Shown piece after piece: positions 31,601 through 40,593 of a DNA stretch of 60,824 bases. The notes beneath the pieces were generated by a model. That model was not told the origin of the DNA. It saw nothing but the letters and a program-made list of their open reading frames with translations, and did not search any database. Origin of the DNA: Patescibacteria group bacterium (GTDB lineage: Bacteria > Patescibacteriota > Patescibacteriia > UBA10025 > JAHIVO01); contig JAXDBW010000066.1 of the NCBI GenBank assembly GCA_034678405.1, positions 1-60,824 on the forward strand. The letters run 5' to 3'. Made by a program: the position numbers and the translations under genes. Each line of letters begins with the position of its first letter. Positions within the stretch are counted from its first letter, which is position 1.

Positions 31601-32649
31601 CTCTCGGCTAGTCCCTCGGCGAGATCAATCCTGCCGATCTGCCCGGGATATGTCAGGGCGGCCTGCCAAATATACCCATGTACAGAATCATATATCATAT
31701 CCTGAGTCGGGCCGAGATTATACCTCGTGAGGACCCTTCCGGTTCCTGTATCAACCTGCAGTACATCAGTATGATCAGCGCCGCCCTGTCCGACCCACAG
31801 CCACTGGCCATCACTCACCACGCGCTGGGGAAAATACTCACGGAAATATTGATCCGCCATCTGGCCGTCAGTATATCCGAGGAACGACTGACGCTGCGTA
31901 GTAGGCAGAACTTTGGCGCCACTGACAATTTCCGAGGACTCGGCCAGTCCGGAGAAGTAGCCGGACCAGAGATTGCTGGCACTCGTATTCGCCCCATAGA
32001 GAGCGATGCCCCGCGTGCTATAGGCACCGACTGAGGAATGTGCCGGCGGATCCTCCGTCGTCATCCCCTCCAGTGCCGTGCTGAGCGTGCTGACGGCCCA
32101 GATACCATAGCCGAGCGGATTAGCGCTCACACCTTTAATACCTGCCAACGGCGGCGGGCCATAGGTTGTTCCAACGATTGACTCGGCATCACTGCTGAGC
32201 GCCTGCGTACCTACTTCATCAATGCCGGTTACGAGGACGTTGCCGGTGCTCACTTCCAGCGCAGCCTGGTCATCTCCTAGGCAGGGGCCGATACATACAT
32301 CGTGCGTGACCGGGTCGACATAGAGCGTTTGGGTGGACTGACTGACACTGAGTACATTATCCACAAAAGCATTGGACGACTGCGCCCCCTGACCCAGGAC
32401 CTCGAGCTGATAGGTAAATGGCGAGCTTAGATCATCACTGCCAAGCCGCAGCGCGCCACTTTTTGTCTGATTCGTATCATCAATCCGTAAATATTCAGGC
32501 AGGTTGTCCTCCGGAGGAGCGGCACTGGGCGTCAGCACTGCCTTTGCCTGATGTACCGTCAAGTAGCAAAAGACCCCTAACATAATAAAAAATAGGCTAA
32601 AATAAGCCCATTTTTCAAAATGTAACACAGTTTTTCTTTTGCTTTTCAC
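28618..32649 (-). CDS. Secreted beta-propeller/fibre-like protein, paralog 1, with BNR/Asp-box domain
   Basis: GTG start after GGGGGAGG; PSAAPPEDN...QTKSGAL motif; DGxxxW repeats; SxDxGxTW Asp-boxes; ends CRSL. Confidence 0.82.
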   Translation of the reverse strand: MKSKRKTVLHFEKWAYFSLFFIMLGVFCYLTVHQAKAVLTPSAAPPEDNLPEYLRIDDTNQTKSGALRLGSDDLSSPFTYQLEVLGQGAQSSNAFVDNVLSVSQSTQTLYVDPVTHDVCIGPCLGDDQAALEVSTGNVLVTGIDEVGTQALSSDAESIVGTTYGPPPLAGIKGVSANPLGYGIWAVSTLSTALEGMTTEDPPAHSSVGAYSTRGIALYGANTSASNLWSGYFSGLAESSEIVSGAKVLPTTQRQSFLGYTDGQMADQYFREYFPQRVVSDGQWLWVGQGGADHTDVLQVDTGTGRVLTRYNLGPTQDMIYDSVHGYIWQAALTYPGQIGRIDLAEGLAESRQVVDTDGHDTCPLGYLIQDPTDADILWVLQPGGVCFGRDYHDRLLKFSIADYDTDPRHWEPVARYEILHDETPDPPYAQGVRSLAYDTTTGSIWIALYDNDAVYQIDAADPGNGDQTIESSEYTRYDVPGPVDLAYDSDRQYLWIASDDNNNANDGAYYIDIGAGTVSDPIGVYSGTLGPQAIIYDGARIWVATSNGLSGSLDMFPADDPATIAHYPTNGAAAYQDVLYDDTIDTVWVPSWYGSSISGITASTGEIDHFFDYGQTDFVVRYHDGTYLWATRDDQLYKIRAADGLTAFAVTVGTDPTDVISDSNAIWVTVAGDDLIRKLDPYTGATSCSLVLEAGDAPSSIVFDGSSYWVTARGTGSVVHVSNTCTELGRIPITSAPDSLDSLMYNGSYLWAVSPADNAVVNINPATEEPVLWTNLAGASPADIVFDNFHYWVANSESNSVTAFFLTNAKVCSQDQTVSCSTDADCAGSGGCFAVPQVQGDYATDTEPTDIVFDGAHIWTANATADSLTRLTAAAPTVRQDISLNFSPQGIISDGSFLWTSGTGISGFAGITSYFTGMGYDQQSLADGLLLQSSGSLTGQVGSYASTGDTRVDDQYRIDGDLDSPENVWGDERDLFVSNGWSQTTAFPEAGSRTDTMLAASDGYMYAGVTYNGHVFRSNDNGQTWEDTGRLPGGNATGLMWVWKLIEDHTGTVWAVTSQDESTPGAGDDQGYASYYTDGVGWTATTAPFANAWIYEIEEYQEGGDWNIYLGIYTRSALYKSNNGGATWTTTSDVPGGDIDSLEVFDGYIYAASKLHNIVSRSNDGGVTWQQIQPVPGVHSVYDLYAASDGYLYAITGSDAASGTGTAPEGYVFRSRDGFTWTQVGDINTVDTTDSDVHTIIEYNDVFFIGTHEIVAGVSHGRIYRSVGGADWTLTQEIAGTSSINSMAITGDGYYYVGTGVPAAVYRNDPLPAGTYTCSEGNFLMDIKKNFLGEIMKLECRSL

Positions 32650-32776
32650 GGTATTCCTCCCCCTTTAACACTCTTGAAAAAGGCTCTAAACAGTACTTTT
32701 CGAAAAATTTTCCCGATTGACAAATCCGGTACTATCTGCAATAATTTAATCGAAAAATAGTCGAGCAGTGTATTTA

Positions 32777-32805
32777 ATAGTAACATAATTTACCGATAAA
32801 GTCAA
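32777..32805 (-). promoter_or_regulatory. Sigma70-type promoter of the adhesin/pil operon
   Basis: TTGACT-17 nt-TACTAT with TGn. Confidence 0.6.
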
Positions 32806-32813
32806 CACAGCAT

Positions 32814-33329
32814 ATGCCGGACACGGTGAATATGAGAAAGGAAACAATATTTGGCTGGTCAAAACTAGCAGTATACAGCTCCTTGGGACTGCTCGTGGTT
32901 ATCCTGCTCGTAGCAGCTATCAGTTATTATGCCGGACGGAATCAGTCCCCCGCTTCAACGGCAATTGCTCCGGTTATCGATCTCGGAAATCAGCGGCAAG
33001 TGCTGGGTCTTCATACATATAACTGGAATGGTACCATCACTGATATTACTGATAACCCAGCAAGCATCACCCTCTTGGCAAAATACCGTGATGCAGGCGG
33101 GGTAATACAGTCAAAACAGGTCCGGACAATGATTACCGAGGATACAGTCATCCGCAGCTGGGACGTCACCACTCCCACTCCTGACGAAGATGGTCTCAGC
33201 GAGAAAAGCATCTCGATCTCCGACCTCGCGACTGGGCAACAGGTGACCATCCAGACCGATGCAGATATTGCTGAGTCAGATCACCTGACGGCGCAATCAA
33301 TCACTGTACTCGTTTCTCCCACACAATAA
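32814..33329 (+). CDS. Hypothetical membrane-anchored protein (OB-fold/DUF5666-like)
   Basis: N-terminal TM; GTITDI...ISISDLATGQQVTI...LTAQSITV. Confidence 0.65.
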   Translation: MPDTVNMRKETIFGWSKLAVYSSLGLLVVILLVAAISYYAGRNQSPASTAIAPVIDLGNQRQVLGLHTYNWNGTITDITDNPASITLLAKYRDAGGVIQSKQVRTMITEDTVIRSWDVTTPTPDEDGLSEKSISISDLATGQQVTIQTDADIAESDHLTAQSITVLVSPTQ

Positions 33330-33369
33330 TTCACAATATACTTTTAATTAATATTAACACAAAACCAGT

Positions 33370-33927
33370 ATGTCCATAGGTTTATGGATTCTCATCGGGG
33401 CCGCTTTCCTGATCGCCCTGTGGCTGATCAGTGTCTACAATGGTCTGATCAAGCTCCGCAACCAGACTGACGAAGCCTGGTCAGATATTGACGTCCAACT
33501 CAAACGACGTCATGATCTGATTCCCAATCTCGTCGAGACGGTCAAAGGGTATGCCAAGCATGAACGTGAACTCTTTGAAAAAGTTACCCAAGCTCGAGCT
33601 CAGGCTGTCAGCGCGCAGGGTGCCGCCGCTCAGGGACAGGCCGAAAACGCCCTCACTGATACGCTGAAAAGTTTATTTGCTGTAGCTGAAAATTATCCTG
33701 ATCTGAAAGCAAATCAAAACTTCCTCAAGCTCCAGGACGAACTCTCTGACACAGAAAACAAGATCCAGGCATCACGCCGCTTCTACAATGGCAACGTCCG
33801 CGACTTCAATACGAAGATTCAGGTATTCCCTAACAATATGGTCGCCAACATGCTTGGCTTCAAGAAATATGAATTCTTTGAAGTGGAAGAGCCGGGTGAA
33901 CGCGAAAACATAGAAGTAAAATTCTAA
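33370..33927 (+). CDS. lemA: LemA family protein
   Basis: [42 protein letters not shown]. Confidence 0.96.
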   Translation: MSIGLWILIGAAFLIALWLISVYNGLIKLRNQTDEAWSDIDVQLKRRHDLIPNLVETVKGYAKHERELFEKVTQARAQAVSAQGAAAQGQAENALTDTLKSLFAVAENYPDLKANQNFLKLQDELSDTENKIQASRRFYNGNVRDFNTKIQVFPNNMVANMLGFKKYEFFEVEEPGERENIEVKF

Positions 33928-33993
33928 CTCTCCAACCCTACTCAGTAATCGCGCGGCCTCTCTTATTCAAAGAAGGACGCGCGATTTGCGACT

Positions 33994-34869
33994 ATGGCTA
34001 CTATATATACACACATCGCAGCAAACAAAAGACGCTCATGGTTTCTGCTCCTGATTACTCTGGCAGTGGTGGGATGTATCGGTTACGCGCTCGACCGGTA
34101 CTATGTCGAGGGTGGCTATTTCTTCGTCGCTATCGCCATTATCTATTCAGCGGTGAGTGGGCTCGTCGGCTACTATGCCGGAGACAAGATTGCGCTGCGC
34201 ATGTCAGGAGCGAGCCCAATTACCAAAGAAGAAAACCCCTACGTCTACCGCATAGTAGAAAATCTATGCATTACTGCCGGACTTCCAGTGCCGAAGATAT
34301 ATATAATTCCCGATCCTGATATTAACGCATTCGCCACTGGCCGTGACCCCGAACACGCATCGATAGCGGTGACCGAGGGGGCTATTCAAAAACTCGAGAA
34401 TGAGGAACTAGAGGGTGTCCTAGCCCACGAGCTATCACATATCGGTAATTATGACATCCGCTACATGACACTAGTCATCATCCTCGTCGGAACAATTATC
34501 ATTCTCTCTGATTTATTTTGGCGGCTTGCCTTCTTCGGGGGGCGAGGCAGGAAATCCGGCGGCAGTCCCGCTATTTTCATCGGTCTCGGGCTCCTATTGT
34601 TGGCGGCGATATTTGCCCCACTTATTAAATTTGCGGTTTCGCGTAAACGTGAGTATCTCGCTGACGCATCGGGATCACTCCTGACCCGCTACCCCGAGGG
34701 TTTGGCCAGAGCACTTGAGAAAATTCGCGAGCAGGGCAGTACGATCGAACGGGCAAATAAATCAACGGCGCACCTATATATCGCCAATCCTCTCAAGAAG
34801 GGAATATTTAATCTTTTTTCTACTCATCCACCAATTGAAGAGCGTATCTCCATCCTGCGCTCAATGTAA
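33994..34869 (+). CDS. htpX: M48 zinc metalloprotease HtpX
   Basis: NAFATG, AHELSH (HExxH), SRKREYLAD, FSTHPP; follows lemA. Confidence 0.95.
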   Translation: MATIYTHIAANKRRSWFLLLITLAVVGCIGYALDRYYVEGGYFFVAIAIIYSAVSGLVGYYAGDKIALRMSGASPITKEENPYVYRIVENLCITAGLPVPKIYIIPDPDINAFATGRDPEHASIAVTEGAIQKLENEELEGVLAHELSHIGNYDIRYMTLVIILVGTIIILSDLFWRLAFFGGRGRKSGGSPAIFIGLGLLLLAAIFAPLIKFAVSRKREYLADASGSLLTRYPEGLARALEKIREQGSTIERANKSTAHLYIANPLKKGIFNLFSTHPPIEERISILRSM

Positions 34870-34881
34870 CTATGCATACCT

Positions 34882-35019
34882 ATGACGTCATCTTCGCCAC
34901 GGGTCGACACGGCGGTCGCGACCAAAACTACGACCGCCACTAAAATATCTCTCGGGGTTACGATCACCACAGGCATCGTAGCCTGTATCGCCATCATCGC
35001 TGGGCTGATTATTTCGTAG
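34882..35019 (+). CDS. Small 45 aa protein with a C-terminal TM helix
   Basis: Manual translation MTSSSPRVDTAVATKTTTATKISLGVTITTGIVACIAIIAGLIIS*; fills the htpX-clpC gap. Confidence 0.45.
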   Translation: MTSSSPRVDTAVATKTTTATKISLGVTITTGIVACIAIIAGLIIS

Positions 35020-35072
35020 CCAGTCAGCGATCCGAGTGCACACCGGCGTGTCAAATGCACGTTCATTTTTGC

Positions 35073-35101
35073 TTGCACTACATGAGATAAATTCGTATAC
35101 T
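35073..35101 (+). promoter_or_regulatory. Sigma70-type promoter of clpC
   Basis: TTGCAC-17 nt-TATACT. Confidence 0.55.
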
Positions 35102-35126
35102 AACCCTACTTTTCCGAAGTATTTAT

Positions 35127-37628
35127 ATGGATAAAATCACCGACAAATTTACTACGCATCTGAAGAATGCGCTCAAGAAAGCCCGCGAGCTGACCAGCTC
35201 GATGGGATCGCGTTTTATCAATCCCGAGCATCTCGTCTATGGGCTCATCATGCAAAAAGGCAGCATCGCCGGTGAAATTCTGATCCAGTCGGGACTCACG
35301 GCTGAGCGTATCCGCACGGTGATTATCAAAAATAACCAAGGCGTCCTCGATGATAGTGTCACCGCTGAAGCAAAAAAACAATCATTCTCCCTCCATACAA
35401 AAAAAGCTATCGAAAAAGCCGCCCTCATCGCCCACCAAAACGGACACAAGTATATCGGCACCGAGCATCTACTCTCAAGCCTGGCGCAGATCAATACACC
35501 CTCCATGCTCGAGCTGTGGGAAAAAAATAATATTAATCTGAATGACATCGAATCACAACTTGGGACCGTCATGCGCAGCACGTCACGGTTTCCTGATCTG
35601 ACTCAAATATTTGAGCAGTCCCAAAAAGAATCCAGCTCGGATAAATCAGCTACGGATGACTCAAAGACCCCGGCATTGGATTTCTTCGCGACTGACCTGA
35701 CCAATGTCAACCAGCAAAAATCAATTGACCCCGTGATTGGCCGTCGTGATGAAATCGATCGACTCATCCATATCCTCTCACGTCGAACCAAGAATAATCC
35801 CGTCCTGATCGGCGAACCGGGTGTCGGCAAGACCGCCATCGTCGAGGGTCTCGCCAAGAAAATTCTCGCGGGTGATGTACCAGATATGCTGCTGAATAAA
35901 CGAGTATTGAAGCTTGACCTCAGTCTCGTCGTGGCGGGGACAATTTACCGCGGTGAATTTGAAAGTCGATTTAAACAAATCATGGATGAAATAAAACGTG
36001 ATCCAAATATTATCTTATTTATTGACGAGCTCCATACGATCATTGGAACTGGCTCAGCGGCCGGCTCAATGGACGCGGCGAATATTTTGAAACCGGCCCT
36101 GGCCAAAGGAGAAATCCGCACTATTGGCGCTACGACCCTCGATGAATACCGCAAACATATAGAGTCAGACCCGGCTCTTGAGCGCCGCTTCCAGCCGATT
36201 ATCATCGAGGAGGCAACTCCGATCGAGACCAAAGAAGTCCTCCGCGGCATCAAACAGAACTACGAGCGGTATCATCTCGTCCATATCACTGATGATGCGA
36301 TCGATGCGGCGGTCGAAATGAGCGATCGCTATATCCAGGAGAAATTTCTCCCGGACAAGGCTATTGATCTGATCGACGAAGCCGCCTCGAAGATAAAGAT
36401 TTCTCACAAAGGCAGCGGCCTGATCAAAGAGATTTATCAAACTGAAAAAGAGATCGAAAAGATCCAGGAAGAAAAAAACTCGCTGGTCAATAAAGAAAAT
36501 TTCGAGCGAGCGCTCCAGACCAAGGCGCAAGAAAATAAATTGCGTGAGCGTCTGGCTATCCTCAGGCAGAAACAAGCCAAGACGGAAAATCAATTCATTG
36601 GCAAAATTACCAAACACGACATAGCTGAAGTTATTTCCCGCATCACCAAGATCCCGCTCCGTGACCTCGTCGTCGAGGAAAAGGAACGGCTTCTGCACCT
36701 CGAGGAAGAACTCGGACAGTATGTCCTCGGCCAGGACGAAGCACTGAAGGCAGTAGCTGACTTTATTCGCCGCTCACGCGTCGGCCTGGCGGATCCAAAT
36801 AGACCCATCGCCTCATTTATTTTCCTCGGTCCCTCTGGGGTAGGTAAAACAGAAACGGCGAAAGTACTGGCAAAGACAGTATTTGAGGACGAGCACGCGC
36901 TCATCCGGATTGACATGTCAGAATTCGCCGAGGGATTCAATATGTCAAAATTACTTGGTGCACCCGCGGGCTACGTCGGCTACAAGGAGGGCAATAAACT
37001 AACCGAGCCAGTCCGCCGGAAACCCTACTCGGTCGTCCTCTTCGATGAGATAGAAAAAGCTCACCCCGAAGTATTTAATATCCTTCTCCAAATACTCGAA
37101 GATGGCCACCTCACTGATGCGACCGGGCGCAAAGTGAATTTCAAAAATACGATTGTGATCATGACATCCAACGTCGGTCTCTCGAGCCTGACGAAAAGCG
37201 CTGAAATGGGATTTGGCGCCGAAACTGCCGCGCAGAAAAACGCTGCCGAGAAAGAATACGAACATATCAAAGAGCGTGTCCTCGGCGACCTCGAGAAATC
37301 ATTCCGTCCCGAGCTCCTCAATCGGATTGATAAGATTATCGTCTATAAACCCCTCTCGCGTGACACCCTCAGTCATATCGTGAAACTCCATGTCGACGCC
37401 CTCGCCGAGCGTCTCGCGCAGCAGGATATCAAACTGACGGTGACTAAAGGCGCTATCAACCTGATTGCCGACCAGAGCTTCCAACCAAATCAGGGCGCTC
37501 GGGCGGTACGCAAACAAATTCAAGAACATATTGAGAGTGTGGTGGCGCAGCGCCTACTCGCTGGGAGCATCGCCCCCGGCTCTACGGTAAAGGTAACGAC
37601 CAAAGCGAAGGAATTAGCTATCGTTTAA
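35127..37628 (+). CDS. clpC: ATP-dependent Clp protease ATPase subunit ClpC
   Basis: Clp-N repeats, two AAA+ modules ([16 protein letters not shown]), short UVR-type middle domain, MGF ClpP-binding loop. Confidence 0.93.
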   Translation: MDKITDKFTTHLKNALKKARELTSSMGSRFINPEHLVYGLIMQKGSIAGEILIQSGLTAERIRTVIIKNNQGVLDDSVTAEAKKQSFSLHTKKAIEKAALIAHQNGHKYIGTEHLLSSLAQINTPSMLELWEKNNINLNDIESQLGTVMRSTSRFPDLTQIFEQSQKESSSDKSATDDSKTPALDFFATDLTNVNQQKSIDPVIGRRDEIDRLIHILSRRTKNNPVLIGEPGVGKTAIVEGLAKKILAGDVPDMLLNKRVLKLDLSLVVAGTIYRGEFESRFKQIMDEIKRDPNIILFIDELHTIIGTGSAAGSMDAANILKPALAKGEIRTIGATTLDEYRKHIESDPALERRFQPIIIEEATPIETKEVLRGIKQNYERYHLVHITDDAIDAAVEMSDRYIQEKFLPDKAIDLIDEAASKIKISHKGSGLIKEIYQTEKEIEKIQEEKNSLVNKENFERALQTKAQENKLRERLAILRQKQAKTENQFIGKITKHDIAEVISRITKIPLRDLVVEEKERLLHLEEELGQYVLGQDEALKAVADFIRRSRVGLADPNRPIASFIFLGPSGVGKTETAKVLAKTVFEDEHALIRIDMSEFAEGFNMSKLLGAPAGYVGYKEGNKLTEPVRRKPYSVVLFDEIEKAHPEVFNILLQILEDGHLTDATGRKVNFKNTIVIMTSNVGLSSLTKSAEMGFGAETAAQKNAAEKEYEHIKERVLGDLEKSFRPELLNRIDKIIVYKPLSRDTLSHIVKLHVDALAERLAQQDIKLTVTKGAINLIADQSFQPNQGARAVRKQIQEHIESVVAQRLLAGSIAPGSTVKVTTKAKELAIV

Positions 37629-37675
37629 TTCTAGCTATTCCCAAAAAACCTTCCCTATCATAATGGAAGGTTTTT

Positions 37676-38359
37676 ATGTGGCATATCGCCCGCTTCGTAC
37701 AATACTCCATACAATTGATATTTCCCATCAATTGTATTTGCTGTGGCCGAGAAGATGTCTGGCTGTGCGAGCCCTGCCTCAGACAGATACCCCGGCTGCA
37801 CGAGCAACTGACCGCTCCTGCTCCGCTTGATGGGCTCACGGCTGCAACCAGCTACGAATCTCGTCCCGTCCAGACGCTCATCCACTTGCTCAAATACCAT
37901 GGTGTCAGAGACGTCGCTTGGCCCCTGGCTTTGCTGGTGCGCCGAAGACTTACGTCCGTTGACAAAAATGGTCTGACCGATATACTGTACCGTACTCACG
38001 ATACGGTGGTTATCCCTGTCCCACTCCATACGAAACGGCTCCGCGAACGGGGATATAACCAGTCCGCGCTCCTCGCCACACTCGTCGCGCAGCACTTATC
38101 ATTACCCTATCGCGACGACATCCTGCAGCGAAACCGGTGGACCACTCCCCAGGCCCAGCTGAATCGGGCAGCGCGTGAGCAGAATCTCAAGGGAGCATTT
38201 ACGGTCTTAAGCACCTTTAAAAATTTACCAAAAAATGTTATACTCATTGATGACGTTGCCACGACCGCATCGACACTCCGCACCTGTGCTGCAGCCCTGA
38301 AGGCGCACGGTGTCCAGCAGGTATTCGGGCTCGTCATCGCGAGCGATCGCGATGGATGA
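37676..38359 (+). CDS. comF: ComF family competence protein (zinc ribbon + PRTase)
   Basis: CICC..LCEPC, PVPLH...RERGYNQS, LIDDVATTASTL. Confidence 0.92.
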   Translation: MWHIARFVQYSIQLIFPINCICCGREDVWLCEPCLRQIPRLHEQLTAPAPLDGLTAATSYESRPVQTLIHLLKYHGVRDVAWPLALLVRRRLTSVDKNGLTDILYRTHDTVVIPVPLHTKRLRERGYNQSALLATLVAQHLSLPYRDDILQRNRWTTPQAQLNRAAREQNLKGAFTVLSTFKNLPKNVILIDDVATTASTLRTCAAALKAHGVQQVFGLVIASDRDG

Positions 38360-38383
38360 TCTATAGTATGACGCTCCATCTAT

Positions 38384-38472
38384 GGAGAGTTGCGCCGAAT
38401 TGGTAAGGCAGCGGTTTGCTAAACCGTAACGGTGTAAAAAGCCGTTTGTGGGTTCGAGTCCCACACTCTCCG
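38384..38472 (+). tRNA. tRNA-Ser(GCT)
   Basis: Acceptor GGAGAGT/ACTCTCC, anticodon arm GCGGT-TTGCTAA-ACCGT, long variable arm, GTTCGAGT T-loop; no encoded CCA. Confidence 0.92.
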
Positions 38473-38481
38473 AATTTGAAA

Positions 38482-38602
38482 AATGAGGCAGAGTGAGCGA
38501 CACACGAGTGTGTGTCGCGGTGGGACGAGAAGGGCGAGTGATGTGCTGAGCAACGCCGAAGCACCACGAGCCCCGGCCTGAAAGGGAGTCCCACACTCTC
38601 CG
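38482..38602 (+). repeat. tRNA-linked structured repeat, copy 1, ending in a 17 nt duplicate of the tRNA-Ser(GCT) 3' end
   Basis: Core near-identical to 38726-38829; GAGTCCCACACTCTCCG at 38456-38472 and 38586-38602. Confidence 0.85.
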
Positions 38603-38625
38603 TTTTCTCCTTATAGTGCATTCGG

Positions 38626-38712
38626 GGAGGCGTGCCTGAGTGGTTGAAAGGGACGGTCTTGAAAACCGTTAGGCCCTCACGGGTCTCGGGGGTTCGAATC
38701 CCTCCGCCTCCG
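38626..38712 (+). tRNA. tRNA-Ser(TGA)
   Basis: Acceptor GGAGGCG/CGCCTCC, anticodon arm ACGGT-CTTGAAA-ACCGT, long variable arm, GTTCGAAT; no encoded CCA. Confidence 0.95.
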
Positions 38713-38725
38713 AATACACGCAGTG

Positions 38726-38847
38726 AATGAGGAGCGGAGCGATGCACGAGTGTGCATCGCGGTGGGATGAGAAGGGCGAACGATGTGCTGAGCAACGCCG
38801 AAGCACCACGAGCCCCGGCCCGCAGGGGAAGACGTCCGCCTCCGAAT
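38726..38847 (+). repeat. tRNA-linked structured repeat, copy 2, ending in a duplicate of the tRNA-Ser(TGA) 3' end
   Basis: Core matches copy 1; TCCGCCTCCGAAT at 38703-38715 and 38835-38847. Confidence 0.85.
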
Positions 38848-38905
38848 TCGTTATATAGGTATAGAGAGTATTATTCATTAGCTAACTATTTAGAGAAAGA
38901 TAGTT

Positions 38906-39415
38906 ATGGCTGACTCAACATCACGACCAACGAATCAACCCGATCTCGGAAATGCCATCACGGCGTGGGAATTCCCTGAGTTTATCAAATACGAACGCAG
39001 TCGAACCTGGTATATCACGGCTATTATTGTCGGCATCCTTCTCATTATCTTCAGTATCAGCACCCAAAATTATCTATTCATTGTCCTGATTCTCTTGTTT
39101 GGTTTGATTATCTACCTCCAGGGAAATCGACAACCGCGCATGCTGACATTTACCATCCACGAACGCGGTATCTCAATCGGAGAACGGATGCACCATCCGT
39201 GGAGTGACCTCAACAGTTTCTGGATCATCTATGAACCACCGCAGGTTAAGAATCTCTATCTTGATTTCAAAGGTATCCGCCCTGACCTGACCGTCCAGCT
39301 CCAGGACCAAAACCCCCTTGAGATTCGTAAACTGCTCAGCCAGTATATATCCGAAGATCTCGAGAAAGAAAATGAGTCGTTTTCTGATGGGGTCAGTCGG
39401 ATGTTCAAATTCTAG
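38906..39415 (+). CDS. Conserved two-TM membrane protein (DUF5673-like)
   Basis: WEFPEFIKYERSRTWY, two TM helices, PH-like C-terminal region. Confidence 0.7.
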   Translation: MADSTSRPTNQPDLGNAITAWEFPEFIKYERSRTWYITAIIVGILLIIFSISTQNYLFIVLILLFGLIIYLQGNRQPRMLTFTIHERGISIGERMHHPWSDLNSFWIIYEPPQVKNLYLDFKGIRPDLTVQLQDQNPLEIRKLLSQYISEDLEKENESFSDGVSRMFKF

Positions 39416-39540
39416 CGACAACTCAGTAATAAAAAAAATATCCGAGCCCGGCTCTGCGGGGCGAGGAAAAGGAGGAATGCTATGCAAGGTGCAGTCCAGT
39501 CCGCCAGGACGGGACGGAACCTGGAATAGTATTCCGACGT

Positions 39541-39614
39541 GCGCCCGTAGCTCAGCTGGATAGAGCGCAAGCTTGCGGAGCTTGAGGCCGTAGGTTCGAC
39601 TCCTGCCGGGCGCA
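39541..39614 (+). tRNA. tRNA-Arg(GCG)
   Basis: Acceptor GCGCCCG/CGGGCGC, D-arm GCTCAGCTGGATAGAGC, anticodon arm CAAGC-TTGCGGA-GCTTG, GTTCGACT T-loop. Confidence 0.93.
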
Positions 39615-39834
39615 AATAGCACCACATACAACTGACTACCGCGGGTGAGACAATGTAGCACTGCAAGCTCCCACACACGCTCGGAGGTGCCGTGCGAACG
39701 AAGTGAGTCTACGGTACCGGGCACTCATGAGCTCATGCCCCCTTGACAAGGAGGCTTTTTTTGTGATAGGGTCATGCGTTAGTCACTGAACCATAACAAT
39801 ATAACCACCCATCATCAATCAGAGGAGGTACCAC

Positions 39835-40503
39835 ATGGTACACGGACGAACTGCTCCACTCACGGTCACGCATCCCGGTATTCTGGATGTGACGACCGCG
39901 ACGGTTATGCTCCAATTCCACGTCCCCGACATCAATAAGGTGCCGGGAGCACAGGAACTCGAGCAAGATCAGGATTCGCTCACAGCCGACGGACAGCAGC
40001 GAGTCCCCGGCGTTCAGTTTATTCAGCCATCACCGCAAGTCACTGGTCACGCACTTCCGAGTCAGCTCATCCGAGCCGGCTATCGACTGTTCGACGCCTA
40101 CCGCCAGGAACGTCGTGCCGACAAGGGAGGCACTCACTGGGTCCTGCGGTTCCTCTTCGGCCGAGCCGAGGAGACTGAAATCCCAGGAGAGGTCGCCTCC
40201 TACCTCGACCAGAGCGCAGCTGTGATCACCAAACTCTTCACCGACGCGCTCTGGGATGTCCGCGCCTGGCACAACTGCTACTACGAAAAGAACAGGCCGA
40301 TAAAGGATCGCTTTGCGATCAGTATCAACTTCTCGGGCCGTGATCCCTACCGCAACACCAAGGGTGAAGCGCTGCTGGTCTACCCGCGCGACGTCCGGGG
40401 GCACAAAATTCCGGGCAAGAAAAAACGGCCCGTCCATCCTCAGGCGACGATCAGCATCGTCAATTCGAACATTTTGCTCATTCCGGTCAAATCCCCTCGC
40501 TGA
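39835..40503 (+). CDS. Hypothetical protein
   Basis: 222 aa ORF with strong SD GAGGAGGT and a downstream terminator. Confidence 0.7.
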   Translation: MVHGRTAPLTVTHPGILDVTTATVMLQFHVPDINKVPGAQELEQDQDSLTADGQQRVPGVQFIQPSPQVTGHALPSQLIRAGYRLFDAYRQERRADKGGTHWVLRFLFGRAEETEIPGEVASYLDQSAAVITKLFTDALWDVRAWHNCYYEKNRPIKDRFAISINFSGRDPYRNTKGEALLVYPRDVRGHKIPGKKKRPVHPQATISIVNSNILLIPVKSPR

Positions 40504-40527
40504 CCGGCCTCACCAAAAACTTCTACT

Positions 40528-40559
40528 CACAGGGCGCCACCGATGTGCCCTGTGTTTTT
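40528..40559 (+). terminator. Rho-independent terminator
   Basis: CACAGGGCGC/GTGCCCTGTG stem followed by TTTTT. Confidence 0.7.
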
Positions 40560-40593
40560 ATTTCTGCGATGCTTTTTATGATACAATAGGCAT

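Noticed and set aside
22500-32649. Shufflon or prophage tail cassette
   Set aside because: All genes are complete, co-oriented and have signal peptides; no recombinase, inverted sites or phage structural genes.
38482-38847. CRISPR array
   Set aside because: Only two ~105 nt copies separated by a tRNA; no spacer periodicity and no cas genes.
38225-38878. Minus-strand ORFs with repeated peptide text
   Set aside because: Antisense readings of the tRNAs and the tRNA-linked repeat.
39470-39536. SRP RNA
   Set aside because: The hairpin lacks the CAGG...GNRA...AGCAG S-domain signature.
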